The position numbers were made by a program, and so were the translations under genes. DNA of 63,566 bases, counting the filler, from Craspedostauros australis (Eukaryota), in NCBI GenBank assembly GCA_030167865.1. It is 7 parts of 7 records of this genome, joined end to end, with 100 filler letters (N's around TTAATTAATTAA, not from the genome) between each part and the next. Parts side by side here need not be neighbours in the genome. Positions count along the whole stretch, not along the records: positions 1 to 26,215 come from JALAGF010005970.1; 6 more parts are not named here. One strand, 5' to 3'. Positions within the stretch are counted from its first letter, which is position 1. Every line of letters begins with the position of its first letter. Below, in pieces: positions 1 to 10,587 of the stretch. A model generated the notes under the pieces. The model saw only the letters and a list, made by a program, of their open reading frames with translations. It ran no database searches and had not been told where the DNA came from.

Positions 1-1
1 C

Positions 2-1327
2 TTGGTCCGCGATGACCTCCGAGACTGGAGATACTCCAAACTGCAATATTGGGTTGTATCCATCGGTCTGTCATCAGTCCTGCTGGTGATAACCAGCATC
101 ATACTCAAGTGGGTGATGATCGGCAAGAAGAGACCGGGCCAAGCGAGGACCGGTATCTGGAGTGAATTCGCAGACTGGGCATGCGACTATCACTTCGACC
201 GAGCATGCATGATACTCGACGGACTGACCACCAATTCGATCATTTGGAACCTGGTCCACATGGCTCATGGATTGGACATCGATCTGCGATCAAAGATCTT
301 CAGTGACAGCTTCCATCCATCCGGAGTCGACCTCATCACCATCCGACGATCGTTCGTATCCGTCGTCACCTTCCACACGAAGGAAAACAGTAAATACAGG
401 AGAGTCACGATCGAGGATAGCAGCATTGGGATGCTGACGACCTGCGCGCCGGGTGTGACAGTCCGCAACGCTTTGGTCTCGCCGCAGACACACATCACGG
501 AGAGCGTCATCCATCCAAAGCCCGATCCGCGCAACAAGAGAGTATCAGACTTGAAACTGACCGGGATCATGGTGGCGAGCACATTGCTGTATGCTGTCAT
601 GTTGCTTGTTGCGGCAATCAGCTTCATCCCAGCCTTTGAGCTATGGATGAATGTCGTCAAGCCGCAGTCATCATTCGAGGCAGTCCCACTGGTGGTGCTA
701 TCGGTCATCATCCAGACCATTGTGTGGACCATGCTCTTGCGTGTCCACATATTCATGACGTTCGCGNNNNNNNNNNNNNNNNNNNNNNNNNNNNNNNNNN
801 NNNNNNNNNNNNNNNNATTCATGACGTTCGCGGGAAGCAATGAGCGAACGACGCCATGGTGCTTGCCGCTGTACATGGTGTACCAATCGTTCGCTTACTC
901 AGTCCATGTATGGTCGCTGTATCCCATCCTCTCGGGAACACCGATGATCAACAGCGTTCTCCGCTTTCGTGGGGTCAACGTTGGAGGTCGCTTGCTCTAC
1001 TTCGGCTTCCGCCTCTTCGAGCCGACCTACGTCACCTTCACGGATGGATGCGTCGTCGATGAATGTTGGATCACTGGTCACTGCGGCGTATTCTCCCAAC
1101 TGTCTTTGGGACAGTCACACGTCAGCGGAGTGTTGCATCAAAATTGTGCTGTCATGATGGTGGCGAAGACAGCAGCAACAGCGGACAAAGCAAGGTTGGC
1201 TGAACACGGACCTCAGCATCTCCTCATGAACTCGGATGAATCGCTGGGTGGAGGGCAATCGCAAGCCTCCCAGGAGATGGTCTATTCAGATACGACCGAG
1301 GCGAGCGAGTGGACCAACCTTTTGTAA
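2..1327 (+). CDS. 5'-partial membrane protein resembling the C-terminal region of Pls/PosA-family (epsilon-poly-L-lysine synthetase-like) NRPS
   Basis: TM hairpins alternate with soluble repeats: LKWVMIGKKRPG...DLITI and ILSGTPMINSVLRFRGVNVG...EPTYVTFTDGCVVDE...TGH. This matches the KWxxIGxxxPG / LxGTPxxxxxLRxxGxxIG pattern of the NRPS terminal domain. The gap at 767-816 is an overlap artefact (751-766 repeated at 817-832). A and T domains would lie upstream of the window. Confidence 0.68.
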   Translation: MVRDDLRDWRYSKLQYWVVSIGLSSVLLVITSIILKWVMIGKKRPGQARTGIWSEFADWACDYHFDRACMILDGLTTNSIIWNLVHMAHGLDIDLRSKIFSDSFHPSGVDLITIRRSFVSVVTFHTKENSKYRRVTIEDSSIGMLTTCAPGVTVRNALVSPQTHITESVIHPKPDPRNKRVSDLKLTGIMVASTLLYAVMLLVAAISFIPAFELWMNVVKPQSSFEAVPLVVLSVIIQTIVWTMLLRVHIFMTFAXXXXXXXXXXXXXXXXXFMTFAGSNERTTPWCLPLYMVYQSFAYSVHVWSLYPILSGTPMINSVLRFRGVNVGGRLLYFGFRLFEPTYVTFTDGCVVDECWITGHCGVFSQLSLGQSHVSGVLHQNCAVMMVAKTAATADKARLAEHGPQHLLMNSDESLGGGQSQASQEMVYSDTTEASEWTNLL

Positions 1328-1604
1328 AGTAGAGTGGCACTTTTTCTTCGATTACAACAGAATGAAGCATACGACACGATCAGCAACGCCACCAGGGACT
1401 GTGCTGAGCCCAACCCGCTGGCTTGTTCATGATGAGATCAACTTGATAACATCATTTTATCTACAATGTGTATCATTGTAAACGATGAGGACCGCAAGTC
1501 ATGACGCTTTTCTCACCCTTCGTGTTTTTGGAGATTGACTATCGCACGCTACTATTGTAATAATAAATGCTTTGGTTCCTTCTTTCTTCCCCTCTCCGTT
1601 GTTC

Positions 1605-3764
1605 TTAAGCCACGGCCGCGGGTTCATACTGCGCAAGAAGCGTCTCCAATTCTTCCCATTCCTCCATCATGTCTGCGACTTGCCCTTCCAGCTTTTGCTT
1701 CTTACTGGAGATATCCGTGAGCTTTTCGACATCGTTCCCGACGGTCATCATCTCTTCGTCCAGCGCCGAGATCTTTTCCTCCGCATTTTCCATCATACCT
1801 TCGAGCTTGCTTATCCTCTTCGGCGCGTTGTACAACTGCTTGCGGATTTTGGGATCGATATCTTGCACGCTGGGTGGTGCGGAAACATTCGACGCCGCAT
1901 CGTCGCCCTTTGTGGGAGCGGCGCCACGCATCGGCTGCGTACTAGTGAAGGATGTATCCCAGTCACCGGCGTTGGTGCCACGCTGTTCCATCGTCAAGGC
2001 GCCATCCTGCACCGTGGCAACATGGGTGAATCCAATCTGCTCGCAGAACGACTTGTCGTGGCTAATCACGACGACGGCACCATCATCTTCGCCCCAATCG
2101 GAAAGGGCGTCGCTGAGAGACTCCACGCACTCCACATCCAAGTGGTTGGACACCTCATCCAACAGGTACAGATTGCTCGGTTTCAACGCAAACATGGCCA
2201 ACGCCACGCGCGCCTTCTCACCACCGCTGAGGGCCTTGATTTGCCGCAACGATTTGTCGCCCGTCAGACCCAGTCCACCCATCACGGTGCGAGCGTCCTT
2301 GTCGGAGATGTGGATGTCGCCAAAATCGCCCTCGCGGGCGTATGCCGTGACGAGATCGACGGCACGCGCATCGAGCTCCAATTCCTGCGCCAGGTCCTGC
2401 GTGAACATGCCCAACCGCAACGATTCGTTCTCGATACGCTCGCCGTCCAGCAGCTGCAGCTTACCACGTAACGTGTGCAGGATGGTGGACTTGCCGGCTC
2501 CGTTGGGACCGCGGATCAGCAACTTCATGCCTCTCGTGATCTCGAGGTTGATGTCGGACACGAGTGGGACATCCGCAGAGTATCCCACTTTGGCATCCTG
2601 CAACGACAGCAGGACGTCGCCCATGGCGCGCGGTGGGTCCGGCAGATTCAGGGACGGCTTGAAACGCGTTTGCATGATACTCTCCGCGGGCGCATCCAGC
2701 AGACCTTGATCCCTCATCTTGTCGAGCTGCTTGACGCGCGACTGAGCGGCCGATGCCTTCGTGGCGGAGGCGCCCCACTTGTCGACGAAGGCCTGAAGCT
2801 TGGCCGCCTTGTCTGCGTTGCGTTCGTACTCGGACTGCGCGGCCAGAGCACGATCGGCCTTCTGCTGCAGGAACTGCGAGTACGACACGCTCTTGTAGGT
2901 CTGCAATCTGCCGCCGCTGATCTCGCCGACATGATCCATGGCCTCAAGCAATTCTCTGTCGTGCGTGATGAGGATCATGGCGCCGCCATCGTAGCGGCGC
3001 AGGTAATCCGCCAACCACCGGCGCGCGCCACGGTCGAGGTGATTGCCGGGCTCGTCGAGCAAGCACAGGGATGGCTTACTGAGCAGGAGCTTGGCGAAAC
3101 TGACGCGCATCTGCCAGCCTCCGCTCAGCTCGTCGCAGGTCTGGGTCAGGTTGGTGAAGCCCAGCCCCTTGAGCATGCTGGCCACTTCCTGCTCCTGCTC
3201 GTATCCTCCGACGCGTTCGTAATTTTCCATGGCGCGATCCAGCTTCTGCAAGGCCTCATCGGACGGCGATTCCGTCGCCACGAGCTCTTGAGCCTTCTCG
3301 AGCGCCTTGCGGGCGACCTCGACCTCGGCCATGGCCGATCCGGCTTCCTCCATAATGGTCTTGGTGGAACCCGCCACGGCAGTTTGGCGCAGGTATCCGA
3401 CCTTCTGGGTGGTCCCGACCGTGATGGTGCCATCGTACGGGATTTGTTCCATGATGGCCTGGAATAGCGTAGACTTGCCGCAGCCGTTCGTTCCGGTCAA
3501 GGCCCACTTGGCCTTGGGTTCGATGCGCCAATCGATGGAGGATAGGATGGGGGCGTTGCCGCGCATCACTTCGACGTCCTGGACGAGCAGGGCAGCGCCG
3601 CGCGCGTCACCACGCGAGAGATCATCCTGAATGGCCTTGGCGTGGAGTGGGCGGAAGGCTTGACGCGCCGGAAGGACGGGGTTGGAAAGGTAGGCTGCCG
3701 TCAGCATGCAGCAGGACTGCAGCAGCAACAGCGACGCCAACGCGCGGCGGTGTCCACCTGTCAT
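1605..3764 (-). CDS. ABC-F family ATPase (Uup/EttA-like), probably plastid-targeted
   Basis: Two ABC cassettes without TM domains: GTNGCGKST/LSGGW/LLDEP and GPNGAGKST/LSGGE/LLDEV. Inter-cassette linker and C-terminal coiled coil present. The N-terminal signal peptide ends TAA-Y, an ASAFAP-like site. Confidence 0.93.
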   Translation of the reverse strand: MTGGHRRALASLLLLQSCCMLTAAYLSNPVLPARQAFRPLHAKAIQDDLSRGDARGAALLVQDVEVMRGNAPILSSIDWRIEPKAKWALTGTNGCGKSTLFQAIMEQIPYDGTITVGTTQKVGYLRQTAVAGSTKTIMEEAGSAMAEVEVARKALEKAQELVATESPSDEALQKLDRAMENYERVGGYEQEQEVASMLKGLGFTNLTQTCDELSGGWQMRVSFAKLLLSKPSLCLLDEPGNHLDRGARRWLADYLRRYDGGAMILITHDRELLEAMDHVGEISGGRLQTYKSVSYSQFLQQKADRALAAQSEYERNADKAAKLQAFVDKWGASATKASAAQSRVKQLDKMRDQGLLDAPAESIMQTRFKPSLNLPDPPRAMGDVLLSLQDAKVGYSADVPLVSDINLEITRGMKLLIRGPNGAGKSTILHTLRGKLQLLDGERIENESLRLGMFTQDLAQELELDARAVDLVTAYAREGDFGDIHISDKDARTVMGGLGLTGDKSLRQIKALSGGEKARVALAMFALKPSNLYLLDEVSNHLDVECVESLSDALSDWGEDDGAVVVISHDKSFCEQIGFTHVATVQDGALTMEQRGTNAGDWDTSFTSTQPMRGAAPTKGDDAASNVSAPPSVQDIDPKIRKQLYNAPKRISKLEGMMENAEEKISALDEEMMTVGNDVEKLTDISSKKQKLEGQVADMMEEWEELETLLAQYEPAAVA

Positions 3765-4489
3765 CTTCGATTGATATGTGTGGTACGAGGAGGGGTGTGG
3801 GGATGGTAGGTGTGAGTGATTTGGTGGCCCTCAATGCTATTGTGGGTTCTATCGTTGATGTTGAGAATCTTGTGTTCGATGACGACAGCGCCGCACCTGT
3901 GTTCGTCCTTGGTGTGGCTGCGTCTTCGGCTGTTTGTTCTTCCGACCGATGAATCTACGAACGAATGAATGGTGAACAACAGACCATGGACGATGTTGAA
4001 TGATGATGTTGTGCGCATGATGTGTGTGAAGAAAAGAAATCGCGAAAAAGAACAAAACCACGCACGAACACTGATGTGTGGTCTGTCCTGCGACGGGAAG
4101 TGGTGAATACGTGTCCCAAAAGTGGACAAATTCGTGGTACACTACTACGGAGACATTGGTGTATGAATTGATGTGTTGTTTGCAACAGTAGTAGTAAGAT
4201 TTGGATTTAGCTAGTGGTAGGTACCAAAGAGGTGGTATCTTCCAACCAACTCCAGGAAGGAGATCAACACATCACGACCGAGACATCGAGAACAGTGTTC
4301 GGCGAGGTTCTATTGCGCTCGCGGTCGTTCGTGCTCATGCCACACATCTCCACCTGTGCGAGGATCACAAAGATCACAAGCGTAAATCACACACATCACA
4401 AATCACCACCGAGAGATCTGCACCCGCACCGCCATCCGACAAGCACCCAACGCAACCAACTCTTGTCCTCATCTTATCGGAATACTACG

Positions 4490-5089
4490 ATGACCATGAC
4501 GGATTCTAGCACGCACGGCCCAATGCGCACGTGGAAGTGCCTCTGCATGTCGATCGCAATCAGCGTTCTGGTGGCCAGCAGCAATGGCAGTGGCAGCCCG
4601 CTCGGCGGCGTCGCAGCGGCAGCATCATGGGACGATCCAGAGAACGACATTTACAAGCAGCAAGCACTCGCCAAGCCATGGTTCACCTCGAGCCTCGTGA
4701 TCGGCGGGACCAACTTCTACATTTCCCCCATCTCAATCGTCTCGTTCTTCTTCGTCGTGATCAACTGCTACTACATCATCTTCCGCAGCGGCGGCAGCGG
4801 CGCCTTTGCGCGTGCCAACCACATCCTCGTGGCGGAGGAGGAGGCCGCCAAACGTCTCAAGAGCAAGGTGGGCAATGACTTTGCGAGGTTTCAGGAGCAC
4901 GCCGCCAAATACAGCTCATGTCCCAGCAAGAACAACGGCGGGGATCTGGGCAAGTTCAAACCGGGTGACATGGCGCCGCCGTTTGATAAGACCATCTTCA
5001 ATCCGGAAAACCCCATTCATGTCACGCTGGGTCCCATCCAGACGCAGTTCGGATGGCATCTGATCTTCATTCAGGATCGGAAGCTGTAA
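4490..5089 (+). CDS. Parvulin (PpiC-type) peptidyl-prolyl isomerase with N-terminal hydrophobic segments
   Basis: Motifs ARANHILV, SSCPSKNNGGDLG, MAPPFD and GPIQTQFGWHLI. The start is placed at ATG 4490 by judgement (4523 is an alternative). Confidence 0.88.
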   Translation: MTMTDSSTHGPMRTWKCLCMSIAISVLVASSNGSGSPLGGVAAAASWDDPENDIYKQQALAKPWFTSSLVIGGTNFYISPISIVSFFFVVINCYYIIFRSGGSGAFARANHILVAEEEAAKRLKSKVGNDFARFQEHAAKYSSCPSKNNGGDLGKFKPGDMAPPFDKTIFNPENPIHVTLGPIQTQFGWHLIFIQDRKL

Positions 5090-6286
5090 TTGTTGGGTGT
5101 GTGCGTGCAATCGCAGTGCGCTACGAATAGGTGAGTGTGCAAACAAGCACTGTCCTCTGCGCGATCGCATGAACGAACGGATGGATGGATGGATGGCGGA
5201 GCATGGCATGGCATAACTGCGCGCTGAAACAGAACGCCCGAGACGATTTGCCTGGCAACTTTTGTGAACCGCAACCCCTCATGCAAACCAACGTGCACAG
5301 GTATTCCAGAACGACAACATACTCATCCTCTCCATCTCGTGGGAGTCAATTTTGAACCCTCAACCAGCAAGAAGAGTTGACATAAAATCATAGAGGAGCG
5401 TACTATTCAACGCACAAACTACAAGTAGAGTCCTCCGTTGTCGCATTGCGCATTTGTTCTATTTCGCATAGCAAGCAAGCATGATGAACCAACGACAGAC
5501 TCCCACAAGCACCTCCAAAGGAATTGAAACATAGCAACCGAGGCATCAGATGAATGCTGCCCCATTCCTTCCCCCAACGCCCACCCCTGCTACTCATTCA
5601 ACTGTCAGGGTCCATCACGAACAATACAATCCCATCACCGTGCAGTTCCTGACTACAATCATCACCTCTCAAGAAATTCCGGCACCAATCCCATGGCGAG
5701 GAATGTCAACAAACCTGCCACCAATTTGGCGGCGACCTTGTGTTTCTGTGCCAAAAATGTTTCTCTCGCGACATGCGCGTTGCGAAATTTGGTTAGCCCA
5801 ATTGTGACGCGACGTTGACATGGGAAGGACACACAAACACAATCCCGAATAACGCATGCACATGGAGAATCGGTTAGATTGCGCCATGTGTTAAGTACGA
5901 TTTGTCGAGCACCGTTGAATTGATAAACTTGGTGCTCCACAAAATCAGTGAGTTTGAGCAAATCATCATTTTTCGTTTCGTCATCTCTCTCCCCATTCCA
6001 CCAACCAACTGTCACGCACGCCCACCACCTCCCCTTTCTCCCTGCAAATGTATTCACCATGTTCCTATTGTGGTCGTCGTCGTCGTTGTTGTTGCTACCA
6101 TTGGATGGAGTGTTGCAACTCCGAGTGCTACTGCGTGCAATGCCACCAGCAACACAACCAGCCCATCAAACCACCCATCAACTCATTCATCAACTCATTC
6201 CTTCTTTGTGATCATTCATTTCAAGCACCAACGACAGAAATCCGCAACGCCAGTATTCGTGCGTACCGTACACAGGAAACGAGATC

Positions 6287-7663
6287 ATGAACCAGTTGAA
6301 GATGAGAACGCCACGGCAGAAGCACCGCATCACCGATCGTCACGGCGACCGCGGTGACAGTAACGTTGACAAGAACAACAATGGCAGCAACCGCATCGAC
6401 CGCAACAGCCGACATGTGGGCGCTGACAAAATCCCAGACATCATCCGGGCAAACAGCATCAGCAGCAACGGCAGCAGCATTCACAATCATGATGATGAAA
6501 ATGATGGCAGCATCGTCGTCATGTCCGGCAGCAGCGACAGCGACAATGCCGTGCATCATGCGCACGGTGAGATTGAAGCGGCGCTATCGGCTGAACAAGA
6601 CGATGCGTACATGCAGCAAGCCTTCAGCATGGAGTCCAAGATGGGAGAGATGAGCAACAGCTTCGAGAGTGATGATGATCCATACTACATGCGCACCGTG
6701 CGACGCACATCCTCCGATGATTCTCCCGAAAGCAAGTCCACAGCATCCACCAAGAGTTCAGCATCCGATGAGGAACTCGGGCATGGTGGGCGCGTATCTC
6801 CAACCATCCAGGAAGCTGTTCTGGCATGCAAGAGTGACTCCAAGCGTCGCCAAAAACGACGGCCCCAAACCCCAAAGGACATCACTATCACCCACGACAG
6901 CAATACTGCCACATCCTTGCGCCGATTCCAGCTCTGGATCCACGGTCCCATCTGGACATGCATCGGCATTGCCACGTCGTGGGCCGCCGTCATCCTGCTC
7001 ATGGTCGCCCGCAACAGCTCCGCCTTCGCCTCCCTCGATGTTCCGATCTACATCGATCCGACCTTCGCCAAAGTTGACACCATCGGTATCATGAACTTGC
7101 GGCTCTGCTACAACACGACATCTCCCACCGACTGCATCCAGCACGAATGGATGTCGTCGGAGATTCCCGACTCCAAGTTCGAAGCCGCGCGTATCTTGAC
7201 CGCCATCACGATCCTCCTGGGTATCGGCAACAGCCTCATCATGATGACCTCGATCGGTTGGACGTCGTTGCGGCTGCGTCCATTGGGCGTGCTGTATCTC
7301 GTCATCTACGTGTTGCACTGCGTGTCATTTCTATTCTTCGATTCGGATTTGTGCCAATCGCACAACTGCCGCATGCAGTCGGGTGCCATCTATTCCATCA
7401 TCGGCAGTCTATGCTGGATTCTAGCGTGCGTCGCTTGCGCGCGCATGGATACGGCCAAGCACAACAAGTGTGTGGAATTGGAGAGAGTTCGTCGGCGCGT
7501 GGCCAAGTACCAAGAGTGGTTTGTGCAACAGGACAACGCTCTGAAACGACGGCAACCAAAAGTGGCGACAGCCACGACCACGAAAACAACGAAACCACGA
7601 AAGCAGAAGAAGACCAATCGCATCGATTTGAACGAAATGCAGAGTAATACTTCTAGTGTCTGA
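6287..7663 (+). CDS. Four-TM claudin/PMP22-like membrane protein with long disordered N-terminus
   Basis: Four hydrophobic segments in the C-terminal half. Loop 1 contains GIMNLRLC...DC and is followed by FEAAR. Loop 2 reads DSDLC...C...GA. The C-tail is basic. Confidence 0.6.
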   Translation: MNQLKMRTPRQKHRITDRHGDRGDSNVDKNNNGSNRIDRNSRHVGADKIPDIIRANSISSNGSSIHNHDDENDGSIVVMSGSSDSDNAVHHAHGEIEAALSAEQDDAYMQQAFSMESKMGEMSNSFESDDDPYYMRTVRRTSSDDSPESKSTASTKSSASDEELGHGGRVSPTIQEAVLACKSDSKRRQKRRPQTPKDITITHDSNTATSLRRFQLWIHGPIWTCIGIATSWAAVILLMVARNSSAFASLDVPIYIDPTFAKVDTIGIMNLRLCYNTTSPTDCIQHEWMSSEIPDSKFEAARILTAITILLGIGNSLIMMTSIGWTSLRLRPLGVLYLVIYVLHCVSFLFFDSDLCQSHNCRMQSGAIYSIIGSLCWILACVACARMDTAKHNKCVELERVRRRVAKYQEWFVQQDNALKRRQPKVATATTTKTTKPRKQKKTNRIDLNEMQSNTSSV

Positions 7664-7680
7664 TTATTCGTACGATGCTT

Positions 7681-9771
7681 TCAAGAAAAGCCATCTTCAT
7701 CGTCATGATACCCGCTGCTCATTTCCACTCTGCTGTGACTCGTGGTGGTCTTGGGACGCGCACACAGACAGGTCAAGATGGTGCTCATCAGCGACAGAAT
7801 CAAAACAACCCAAACGAGGGATTGCGGAATGACGATGCTCCCAATCTCCAATCCAGGTCGCGCCTGCGCATCATCGTTGTTGTTATCGGATGTCGCCGCC
7901 AATTCGGAGGCACACGTCGGACAATCCGGACAACTGACCTCATCCACGGAGGTGCCACTCTCGTCACAATCGGTGGCAGAACAGACGGGACAGGCCGCGT
8001 CCGGCGCCTTCTCGTATCGTTGAATGTCCTGAATGTGCGTGTTGAAGGACCGGCTGCCGGTCTGATGCATGAAGATCTGCATCATCTCCTTGGCGATGTC
8101 CGGTATATCCATGGGCACCATGTGTCCGCTGTCCAACAGCTTGAGGAGGGCGAAGTTCTCGTAGGCCTTGTAATACCCCGACACGGCCTGCGAGACCTTG
8201 GATCGCCAGGCGTACCGCGCCGCGATGACGTAGTCGTGCTGATGCTTCCACTCCAACTTCTCCATCCAAACCTCGTTGCCGACATGGTTGCAAACGAGAT
8301 CGTGCATGCCGTTGAAGAAGAGGAGGTTGATGGGGGCGTCCTGCGTGTCGTCTTCCAACAGCTCGATGACATCCTGCGTGACGCCGAGGCCGTCTTGATG
8401 GGCCAGAGCGTTGTAAGGTGGATCCGTGCATTCGGCGTAGATTTGTCCCGCCTTGCGCGATTCCGATGCGTGGATGGCGGCGAGGACCGAGGTGTAGAGC
8501 GTTTTGGGAATGCGGGCCACGTGCTTGGCCGGCGTGCTGTGACCGCCGAGGTAGGCCTCGACGATCTTGTGGCCAGGCGGGAACTCTCGGTCGTGACCCG
8601 TCTCGAACTTTCTCATGTCGTACGAGCTGATGCGGTAGGACGAGCCCTTGCCCACGGCATTGTGGATGATCCTGTTCTGCAGGCCGAAGCACAGGTTGTT
8701 GTCGAGATCTCCCTGATCAAGTCTGTGCTGGCAGTTGATCTCCTGCTTCGCGAGGTAGTTCATCTGCGGTTCACCGATCATGCCGTACCCGTATGCCACG
8801 CCGTGACCGCTGTACTGGTACTTGGGATGCACCCATCCGTTGCCAATAGCCGCGCCGCTGAGGGGCATGACGATGCCACCATCCGCAGGCGGGGTGGACT
8901 TGAGCTGGTCGTTCTGCTTGCGAATGTAGTTCATCATGGAGGGGACGTAGTGACCGGCGTGGGATTCGCCGGAGAAGAAGAGGTCGCGATTGAGCGTCTG
9001 CAACGAGCTATCGGCGTCGGGTGCATCGAGGAACTTGTCGGAATGCAGCTTCATGAACTCGGTGAGGAAATAGTAGAAGTCGATGTTGACCTCCTCGTCA
9101 TTGCCGGGATACGACCCACTCCCCCCGGTTGTGAACGATAGTCCTGTTCCCACCGGTTGGTCTATGTAGAGCGTGTAGGCAGGCGCCGTGTGCCACGAAT
9201 GCGCATGCGCCTTGATGTCCCACCGTCGCTTGGTGTCGTCCTCCACGAGACGGAATGGCCCGTTCTCCAACCACAGACCATCCATGGAGGAGCAGGCCGG
9301 TCCGCCGTTCAACCAGATCAGCAGAGGCGACTTGTCCGTCTCGGTGTCCTCCACTTCGTTATGGGCGTCCGTCGCGGGGGCGAACAACCAGTAGAAGAAG
9401 TACTTGTTGCCGTCCGCGCTGGCAGGCAGCAGTCCCGCCCAGTGTCGCGTGGTGAACTCGCTGGCATCCAGCAATGGCAGATTCGTCACGAGATGATCAT
9501 CCGGATTGGTGGGAACGTTCACCGGGACCTTGCCTTTCGATTTCAGGTCGCGAGGGTGCGCATGGCTGCTGACGCTTTCATCGGTGAGGAGACGGCGCTG
9601 ATGGCTGTCAACGTCGTTCACGCCGTCGATGCCATCCCAAGCAGAAGCCGCGGATCGTTGGTTGCTCTCGCTCGGCAGAATGCGGATTGCCAGTGTTGAT
9701 GGAACGATGAGCGTCGTTATCACCAACGGCATCAAGGTGGCAAGCCTGGTTGCCGCTTGTCTGTACATCAT
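7681..9771 (-). CDS. Serine carboxypeptidase, family S10 (Kex1-like, C-terminal TM anchor)
   Basis: Motifs WLNGGPACSS, YIDQPVGTGLSF, GESHAGHY (catalytic Ser), DLVCN (Asp) and GHMVP (His). Signal peptide, RRL propeptide and C-terminal TM segment present. Confidence 0.93.
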   Translation of the reverse strand: MMYRQAATRLATLMPLVITTLIVPSTLAIRILPSESNQRSAASAWDGIDGVNDVDSHQRRLLTDESVSSHAHPRDLKSKGKVPVNVPTNPDDHLVTNLPLLDASEFTTRHWAGLLPASADGNKYFFYWLFAPATDAHNEVEDTETDKSPLLIWLNGGPACSSMDGLWLENGPFRLVEDDTKRRWDIKAHAHSWHTAPAYTLYIDQPVGTGLSFTTGGSGSYPGNDEEVNIDFYYFLTEFMKLHSDKFLDAPDADSSLQTLNRDLFFSGESHAGHYVPSMMNYIRKQNDQLKSTPPADGGIVMPLSGAAIGNGWVHPKYQYSGHGVAYGYGMIGEPQMNYLAKQEINCQHRLDQGDLDNNLCFGLQNRIIHNAVGKGSSYRISSYDMRKFETGHDREFPPGHKIVEAYLGGHSTPAKHVARIPKTLYTSVLAAIHASESRKAGQIYAECTDPPYNALAHQDGLGVTQDVIELLEDDTQDAPINLLFFNGMHDLVCNHVGNEVWMEKLEWKHQHDYVIAARYAWRSKVSQAVSGYYKAYENFALLKLLDSGHMVPMDIPDIAKEMMQIFMHQTGSRSFNTHIQDIQRYEKAPDAACPVCSATDCDESGTSVDEVSCPDCPTCASELAATSDNNNDDAQARPGLEIGSIVIPQSLVWVVLILSLMSTILTCLCARPKTTTSHSRVEMSSGYHDDEDGFS

Positions 9772-10215
9772 GGTGCGTCGTTCGAATCGCAGGCGATTGC
9801 AAGAGATGTGATCGATCGGAAACAATGGACTCGCAAGAATGAAGAAGATCAGACGGACAATAGCCGCACAGGATCAACTTTGCTCGCATCAGCTTGTGCC
9901 AGAAAAGTGTGGCGATTTGCAGCTGAGGAAACCGTTGGAGGTTTGCCATGGTTGTTCGTTTCTTTGTTTCTTGATGTGATGACCGTTTTTGCCACGAACC
10001 ACTGATACGGGACTATCCAAGTACATCGAAATCGTCAAACGTGATGGAATCTCTTGGCGCCAACCATCAAAAAGATACTTCCGCGTCCTCATTCATTGCG
10101 TGCCACACACCCATCACCACAGCCACAACAATTGACCAAAGAATCAGTGAAGCCAAGCATCACAGAAGTGCACATAGAGGATACAGGAGAGACAACGATC
10201 CCCCATCGCCCCCCG

Positions 10216-10587
10216 ATGCTCGCCCGCCTCACGCGCACGATCCTGATGGTCCGATCGAGCGGAGGAGGTCTGGCCAAGGCGGTCGAGTTTTACCATTCCG
10301 CGCTGGGTTTGGGCGTCGTGCGCGTGACGGATGAATGGGCCGAGCTGCAGACGCAGAATGGGATCTCCGTCAGCCTGCAGGCCGTCACGACGGAACCGCA
10401 GCTGTCGACGGGATACTCGCCCATCCTCAATTTTCAAGTGGACGATATGGACAGCACGATAACGAACTGCGTTCAGATGGGTGGTCATCTGGATGGTCCC
10501 ATCCAGTATCCGGCGCATGGCAAGGTCGCCGTGATGAGGTCGCCCGACGGGCACATGATCGGATTGTACGAGCAGACGACGAAGTGA
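10216..10587 (+). CDS. Glyoxalase/bleomycin-resistance (VOC) family protein
   Basis: AVEFYHSALGL, LNFQVDDMD and GKVAVMRSPDGHMIGLYE are typical of the VOC fold. Confidence 0.85.
   Translation: MLARLTRTILMVRSSGGGLAKAVEFYHSALGLGVVRVTDEWAELQTQNGISVSLQAVTTEPQLSTGYSPILNFQVDDMDSTITNCVQMGGHLDGPIQYPAHGKVAVMRSPDGHMIGLYEQTTK

Noticed and set aside
7675..9141. Long antisense ORFs over the carboxypeptidase, ABC-F and the 46315-47895 region
   Set aside because: Shadow ORFs of GC3-rich genes with no recognisable motifs.
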